Source of the DNA: a virus
Lineage: Duplodnaviria; Caudoviricetes
IMG/VR virus record: IMGVR_UViG_3300030376_006121
Span: 1-51,435 of that record
Length of the DNA stretch: 51,435 nt
Direction: 5' to 3' (one strand)
Each line of letters opens with the position of its first letter. Within the stretch, counting starts at the first letter, position 1. Of the stretch, positions 46,392 through 51,435 are shown in pieces. Position numbers and translations under genes: made by a program. The notes under the pieces were generated by a model. It was not told where the DNA came from, did not search any database, and saw nothing but the letters and a program-made list of their open reading frames with translations.

Positions 46392-47822
46392 TTAGTATGT
46401 TTCGATGATTGTGTAGTTAGTCGGAATTGGGTAGAGGTTTCTGTTGCAGTTCTTAGTCAGCAGTACGATGACTTTATAGTCATGCTTACTCCTATAGGGG
46501 TATGGGGTTTCGCCATCGGTGGCTACGATAACCAACCGGGGCTTGTCTCTTCTCTTCTTATCGAAGTACTCGAATCCACAAACAAGGTCAGTACCACCGC
46601 CGACGCCAAACAAGTGCTCGTTAGCGGAGGTAATCTTAGCGAAGCGGCTAACCGCCTGTACCGAAGTGGTACAGAAAGCCGCCTCTACTTGGCTACCTTC
46701 TACGGTACGGAGTAGCGCGGTTAGACTATCGAGGAGCCCAGCCATGTATCGGCGCATACTACCGGAGGTATCTACAATGATACCAATCTGGTAGCCTTGT
46801 GATTCCTCACCGGGCATGATGATATCATCCCAACCGTAACAATCTTGTCTACGGTAGATACGGGAGTAAGATGAGGTACGGTTAGCCTCACCTTCCCCAC
46901 CGATAGCGGATAAAAGATGCCGTTGCCACGGTATCTTGCGCTTAGGTGGCTCAGGCTTATGGGCTGCCCATTGGCTAAGGTTACCGGGAACGGTGCCCCG
47001 TGTTTCTTCCTGTCCGCTATTCTGGTAGCTGCGGATTTGCTCTCGGATAACTTCCTTTACTTCTTCTCTGGTAGCCTTAGACTTACCGGGTTCGTTTCCT
47101 CGCTCGGCATCCTCAGCGTTAAACTTTTGCTGAGTCTCGTTATCTACTTTATCACCAGAGCATCCGGTACCATTACCCGTACCGTCGTCGCCCGGTTCCC
47201 CGTCGCTATCGCTACCAGTACCAGAGTCGGAATCATCTCCGGTATCGGAGTCAGAGCTACCATCGTCAGAGTTACTATCGTCGTCGCCCTGACTACTATC
47301 GTCGGAGTTACTATCGTCAGAGTTATCGTCAGAGTCAGAGTTACTATCATCACTCTGGCTATCGTCACTCTGGCTATCATCATCGGAGCTATCGTCACTC
47401 TGCTGCTTGATGATGTTATAGATTTTCTCCGCTGATAGCGAACCCCCGGCTAAGGGTTCGATGCCGAGTGACTCCAGAGTTACTGGTGATACCGAGTCTC
47501 CTAACAGGTCAAGGATATCCTTATCCTGATGAATCTCAGCGTCCGCCGCTTGGTTATAAATAGCGGGGTCCATACCCTGCATACGCTCGACGTGCCCTAA
47601 GAATTCGTGGGCGTACTCATGGATAAGAACGCCAGCAAGGTTAGCCGGTGTTAGCGTATCCGCAAACTTGGGGTTAATTCGCATAACCCCTTTCATATCC
47701 ATGCACGCGGTCGGGATAACCTGCGTCTCCACAATGGGAATGCGCAGGTTAGCCATCGCATAGTACGGCTTCCGGTTCCGTACTATCGCTTTGGCCTTTG
47801 GTAGTTTCTTACGCCAGTCCAT
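46392..47822 (-). CDS. HExxH metallopeptidase-vWA protein (DUF2201-like)
   Basis: IPTAC.D, LIHEYAH, N.AAD.EI, Asp/Ser linker, MIDAS DTSGS, GGGTD, TDG. Confidence 0.85.
   Translation of the reverse strand: MDWRKKLPKAKAIVRNRKPYYAMANLRIPIVETQVIPTACMDMKGVMRINPKFADTLTPANLAGVLIHEYAHEFLGHVERMQGMDPAIYNQAADAEIHQDKDILDLLGDSVSPVTLESLGIEPLAGGSLSAEKIYNIIKQQSDDSSDDDSQSDDSQSDDSNSDSDDNSDDSNSDDSSQGDDDSNSDDGSSDSDTGDDSDSGTGSDSDGEPGDDGTGNGTGCSGDKVDNETQQKFNAEDAERGNEPGKSKATREEVKEVIREQIRSYQNSGQEETRGTVPGNLSQWAAHKPEPPKRKIPWQRHLLSAIGGEGEANRTSSYSRIYRRQDCYGWDDIIMPGEESQGYQIGIIVDTSGSMRRYMAGLLDSLTALLRTVEGSQVEAAFCTTSVQAVSRFAKITSANEHLFGVGGGTDLVCGFEYFDKKRRDKPRLVIVATDGETPYPYRSKHDYKVIVLLTKNCNRNLYPIPTNYTIIETY
47165..47400 (-). 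repeat. Asp/Ser/Gly low-complexity tandem repeats (SDDSQ/SDDSN)
   Basis: Approximately 15-nt units such as CTATCGTCACTCTGG and CTATCGTCAGAGTTA. Confidence 0.8.
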
Positions 47823-48904
47823 TAGAGGTTAGCCGCCATTTGGGTTACCAGAGTCTTAATGTTGTCGGGTACCTTGTTTGACCGGTTCATCATGCCGCTA
47901 AGAGCGGAAACAATGGTGCCCTGGTTATCGCCACAGAGGCGACCTAAGAACAGGCTCAATACCACGATATCTTTAAGGTTCTCCTTAACTACCTTAGCCG
48001 CCAAACTAATGGCGGTGGCATCATCGAGTCCGTATATAACGGACGGGTCTGCTACTACCTCTGCTACCGTTGGTAGCCCGTTCTCCACAACGAATGTGGA
48101 GTAAGCCGCTGCGGCATCTTCTCCTACCAGGGTAGCCGTAGCTTCCTGGAGAAGATGGAGACAGTTCATCTTTGTTAGCGCCACGTGTACCGCAGCAGTA
48201 GCAGTCCACGTTCTCTGACTAGGCCAGGGTCCGCTGTGTTCCTCTGGATTATCAGGAAGTACTTCGATGTAGCTACTGACCTCACCCCTGGCGTTAGCCG
48301 GACGGACAGCCTCCAGAAAGGGGAGCACAGTAGCGCACAACTGAGCACGCATCTCAGCGGAGCTAACGTCTGGGATAGCGGGAGGATGGAAACCATTACC
48401 TCCCTTAGCAAACGCCCAGAACACGCTAAGGTCAGCGGCCCACCCACTAATGTGGGCGAACCTGTTAGCCGTTGGTGCCCCGAATGGGCGGGCACCGGTA
48501 CTACATTCAATGGGATTCATGGCAGCGATACGGTATGATGGCACTGTTAAGGTACCAAGCTCACCCTCCAGAGCTAACCGCATGATAGCGGCTTCAGTAC
48601 GTGCGGACCCCTGGTTTACCTCATCGAGGAACAAGAAATCATCCGGCCCCAGACCGGTAGCCCATGCCGGGTTTGCGTAGCTGTAGCTGCTACGGTCCAC
48701 TGAGAGGCAGGGCATGCCATTGATATCCTCCGGCATGAGCCGGGATACTGACAGAACGTGCGCGGCACCTCCGTTGGCTACTGCCAACTGGTTAACGAAA
48801 GAGGACTTGCCGTTACCGGGCTTACCGATAATAAGCGGAACGATACCGGTAGAACGCTGTGCGGACAGTACCGCAACGATGATGTTGATTTTATCCTGAA
48901 TCAT
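47822..48904 (-). CDS. MoxR-like AAA+ ATPase
   Basis: GKPGNGKS, FLFLDEVN, AAMNP, NRF, P.PS.RTW motifs. Confidence 0.85.
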   Translation of the reverse strand: MIQDKINIIVAVLSAQRSTGIVPLIIGKPGNGKSSFVNQLAVANGGAAHVLSVSRLMPEDINGMPCLSVDRSSYSYANPAWATGLGPDDFLFLDEVNQGSARTEAAIMRLALEGELGTLTVPSYRIAAMNPIECSTGARPFGAPTANRFAHISGWAADLSVFWAFAKGGNGFHPPAIPDVSSAEMRAQLCATVLPFLEAVRPANARGEVSSYIEVLPDNPEEHSGPWPSQRTWTATAAVHVALTKMNCLHLLQEATATLVGEDAAAAYSTFVVENGLPTVAEVVADPSVIYGLDDATAISLAAKVVKENLKDIVVLSLFLGRLCGDNQGTIVSALSGMMNRSNKVPDNIKTLVTQMAANL

Positions 48905-48918
48905 TTTATCTCCTGATA

Positions 48919-49059
48919 TTAGTTGATTTGTGCCATGCAGATAGCCTGAATAATCAGGCTACCGAACAGCGCGGTAATGACGACGACTGTAGCCAGCTTG
49001 AATGCTGACTCCTGGTACCGAATGATGAGTGTGGTGATTCTTTTGATTCTGGTTTTCAT
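48919..49059 (-). CDS. 46-aa single-pass membrane protein (absent from ORF track)
   Basis: GGAGA RBS; MKTRIKRITTLIIRYQESAFKLATVVVITALFGSLIIQAICMAQIN. Confidence 0.6.
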   Translation of the reverse strand: MKTRIKRITTLIIRYQESAFKLATVVVITALFGSLIIQAICMAQIN

Positions 49060-49183
49060 TTCTATCTCCGTTGTCTTGTATTGGATTACTTAGTAATCCC
49101 GCCAGAGTACGATAGTTACCATACCCTTGCGCCATTACTAAATAGTAGCGGGGTGAGTAGCCAATCTACTACACCCCCTTTGG

Positions 49184-49450
49184 CTACGACCAGTCAGAGT
49201 ACCGATAGTCGGTATCGACTAAGACCGCGTTAGCGATAAACTGGTCTACAAAGCGCGGGGTATACAGGTCAATATCCCAAACGGTGAGGATATAAACCTG
49301 CTCAGTCAGTGGGCTGTACCACATCTCCTGGTACTCACCGCCGCCGGTAAAGTTTTTACCGGGCTTGAGAGTAGCTTTAGTCAGCTGAATCATGATAAGG
49401 GGCTCTGTTCTACGGTTGCCGCTGATTGTGTATTCATCTTCAAATCTCAT
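49184..49450 (-). CDS. Hypothetical early protein
   Basis: AGGAG RBS; 88 aa. Confidence 0.65.
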   Translation of the reverse strand: MRFEDEYTISGNRRTEPLIMIQLTKATLKPGKNFTGGGEYQEMWYSPLTEQVYILTVWDIDLYTPRFVDQFIANAVLVDTDYRYSDWS

Positions 49451-49763
49451 TTGTTACTCCTGATGTTAGTTAAATGACCTTCCTATGTCCGAAGATTCCG
49501 TATCCGGAAAATAGGATAAGGGAGCTTGGTACTATTTCCAGGCTCCCTCGGTCTGGTATCTGGGCTGATACCGGTGGGTATGTGTCCGGCTGGCGATGTC
49601 TACCAGTCAGGCAGGGTATGCGCGGCCGGTATGTGGTCTGTGTAGCTCTGTAGTCCGTTGGCGCTGTTAGAATAAAGGGGGCGCGCTACGAACGGGCACA
49701 GGGGGTTTGTGGGCGCTCCATTGGTTGAGGGTGGCAGGGGGTAGAGAAGCAAAATCAGAACGC

Positions 49764-49797
49764 AAAAACCCCCCCTGGTTACGGCTACCAGGGGGGG
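49764..49797 (-). terminator. Intrinsic terminator after the first early gene
   Basis: CCCCCCCTGGT/ACCAGGGGGGG stem followed by TTTTT on the - strand. Confidence 0.8.
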
Positions 49798-49835
49798 AGT
49801 AGAACCCGGACAGACCGGGCTATGTAGGGCGCTGT

Positions 49836-50819
49836 CTACAGCTTGAGAGTCTTGGTATTGAAGGTGTCGGCATCAGCGTCCGTCTCAGCCGTCAGGGCCT
49901 CAGCTTCTTCCCGCGTCATCGTCCGGCAGGACCAGTAAGCCCCCAGGATGGTACCCATAACGACGGAGGGAATTGCGTCGAAGCCGGGGGACGCTTCCAA
50001 CTCTGCAACCTTGCGCCGGTACTCAGCGAGGGCGGCAAGAGCAGTCAACTTGCGAGTGTTGTCGGCGGTACCGAGGACACCGGCCGTCTTCAGCTTAGAG
50101 AGCAGTGCCTCTGACTTCTGAAGCTTGCTGACGCCGGACCACGCATGGCCAACGCTCTTGTCAGGGTGGGAGTTGATGTACTTGCCGAGGTCGTGCAATC
50201 CTCCGGAGCCCTTAGCCGACAGCACCGCGAACGGTGCGGACTGGAGCGCCCGGCTACTGGATTCAGTGAGCGGACAGAGCCGCAATCCGTCAGGGTTGAA
50301 AATGACCAGCGACACGATACCAGCGGAGTCCGTGACGAGAACCGGGCTGTTCTGCCCGTACTTCTCATCAAGAGCGGACGCCTTGACAGACAGCGCGCCG
50401 CGCTTACCGGTGATGGTACGGGACAAGTTTGAGACAGCCTTGTTAGCCGTAGCGAGCGCCTCAGTTGCCGTCTTCACAGCAGCCTTAGTGCCATCGGTTG
50501 ACTTGTTCTTGTCCGCCTTAGTAGCGGACTCCAGCGCCTTAGCAGCCTTCTTAACGGCAGCATGAGCAGCCTTGGCGCTGTTCTCGTTCTCGCTGTGAGT
50601 GCTGATGGTGCCGATGCTCCGGAGGGGGAAGGTACCCGGTGCGAACAGGGTACCGAGCCGGGAGACAATCGGGCGGACGGTAGCGGTGTCGGTACCAGTG
50701 TCGGTACCAGTGTCAGTACCAGTGTCGGCACCGGTAGCGGTAGACTCCGGAGCGGTGGCAGAGTCCGGAGCGGTACCGGTATCAGTAGCGGTTGACTTGT
50801 TCTTAGCGGACTTGGACAT
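49836..50819 (-). CDS. Ala/Thr/Lys-rich hypothetical early protein
   Basis: ATG at 50819 after AAGGG; GC-rich codons; DTGT 12-bp tandem repeats near 50680-50735. Confidence 0.75.
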   Translation of the reverse strand: MSKSAKNKSTATDTGTAPDSATAPESTATGADTGTDTGTDTGTDTATVRPIVSRLGTLFAPGTFPLRSIGTISTHSENENSAKAAHAAVKKAAKALESATKADKNKSTDGTKAAVKTATEALATANKAVSNLSRTITGKRGALSVKASALDEKYGQNSPVLVTDSAGIVSLVIFNPDGLRLCPLTESSSRALQSAPFAVLSAKGSGGLHDLGKYINSHPDKSVGHAWSGVSKLQKSEALLSKLKTAGVLGTADNTRKLTALAALAEYRRKVAELEASPGFDAIPSVVMGTILGAYWSCRTMTREEAEALTAETDADADTFNTKTLKL

Positions 50820-51301
50820 GAGAATTACCCTTGGGTATTGGCCGGTATTGACCAAGACCAGTAGAGCAAGGGAGAAGGGGGGAGGCAAGGTCACCGGCAA
50901 GGTCATGGGGCAGGGTAGGCCATTGTTGGCCTGGAAACTGACTAATGGCGATCTCATTTTTTTTTGAGAAAGTTTGGAGCGGGCTGGATTTTGGCGGGGC
51001 ACGCGGGGCATACGGCGGACATATTTTGGTAGTGTTCCCCATTGTTGGCTTTGTAGGCGGACAATGGAATGGAGGTAGTTTGATACTGTATTAGGTAACG
51101 TTAGGCGGTAGGATGGATACTGTAAGGGCTAACAGTTTTCAACTGGGTACTGTAATTCTGCCAACTGGTAACCGTGCGTATATACATGGTTAATGGTTTG
51201 TTACCTATTGGGTCTGCTTAGAGTAACGGCCGGGGTTGTTACCTTAGTACACTAGCCCGCTACAGGTAACAGTCTGTTAGCCAATCCAGACCGGCCGGAA
51301 C

Positions 51302-51435
51302 CCGGGGGGGGTTTGAACAGTAGCCAGCCAGCCAACCAAGACCAGACCAGACCAGCGCTGATCAGAGGGCAGGGCAGAAGGGAGCCTGGAAACCCCCCTG
51401 GTCCCCGTTTTGGGGGGGGCCGTAAGGGAACCGGG
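51302..51435. repeat. Right direct terminal repeat
   Basis: Copy of 1-134 with 3 substitutions. Confidence 0.9.

Noticed and set aside
46917-47435. Long + strand hydrophobic ORF
   Set aside because: Antisense shadow of the Asp/Ser linker repeats.
50820-51011. N-terminal extension of ORF 49836-51011
   Set aside because: Composition differs from the gene body; the ATG at 50819 has an RBS-like AAGGG and begins the biased-codon region.
51118-51137. CTGT-N8-ACAG resembling an E. coli-type SOS box
   Set aside because: A single 8-bp-specified match is expected about once by chance in 51 kb; no repressor or integrase context.
1-51435. Diversity-generating retroelement, CRISPR array or stop-codon recoding
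   Set aside because: No reverse transcriptase, no repeat-spacer array and no suppressor tRNA; genes are intact in the standard code. The Cas4-like gene is a stand-alone phage nuclease.
1-51435. Frequent GGTACC and GTTAAC hexamers
   Set aside because: Largely explained by preferred GGT-ACC and GTT-AAC codon pairs; not counted rigorously.

Overview
The window looks like a complete ~51.3 kb tailed dsDNA phage genome, podovirus-like, bounded by a 134-bp imperfect direct terminal repeat (1-134 / 51302-51435). Two convergent arms meet at a terminator near 31850. The + strand arm (175-31822) carries terminase, portal, scaffold, major capsid, head-tail/nozzle proteins, short tail proteins, probable ejection proteins including a 2806-aa polyvalent protein, a fibre, a lysis pair and Lys-rich small proteins. 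The - strand arm (50819-31879) carries early genes (MoxR AAA + vWA/metallopeptidase module), a primase-helicase, SNF2 helicase, C5 methyltransferase, Cas4-like nuclease, AAA_24 ATPase, SSB-like protein, four tRNAs, a UDG-fused family A DNA polymerase and an ABC-type ATPase. I see no integrase, RNA polymerase, reverse transcriptase or CRISPR array; sigma70-type promoters drive the operons. The most notable observations are: (1) a protease + pentapeptide + ADP-ribosyltransferase cassette in the giant protein, punctuated by repeated linkers and an in-frame 33-bp direct repeat; (2) a dense TT(G/C)AA palindrome array that recurs at the replication promoters; (3) an AY[RK]RA motif shared by the scaffold and two other small proteins; (4) a tRNA set that reads only A-ending codons, with large-loop hairpins exactly 7 nt upstream of both tRNA loci. 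All functional calls come from motif recognition and gene order by eye; no searches were run.
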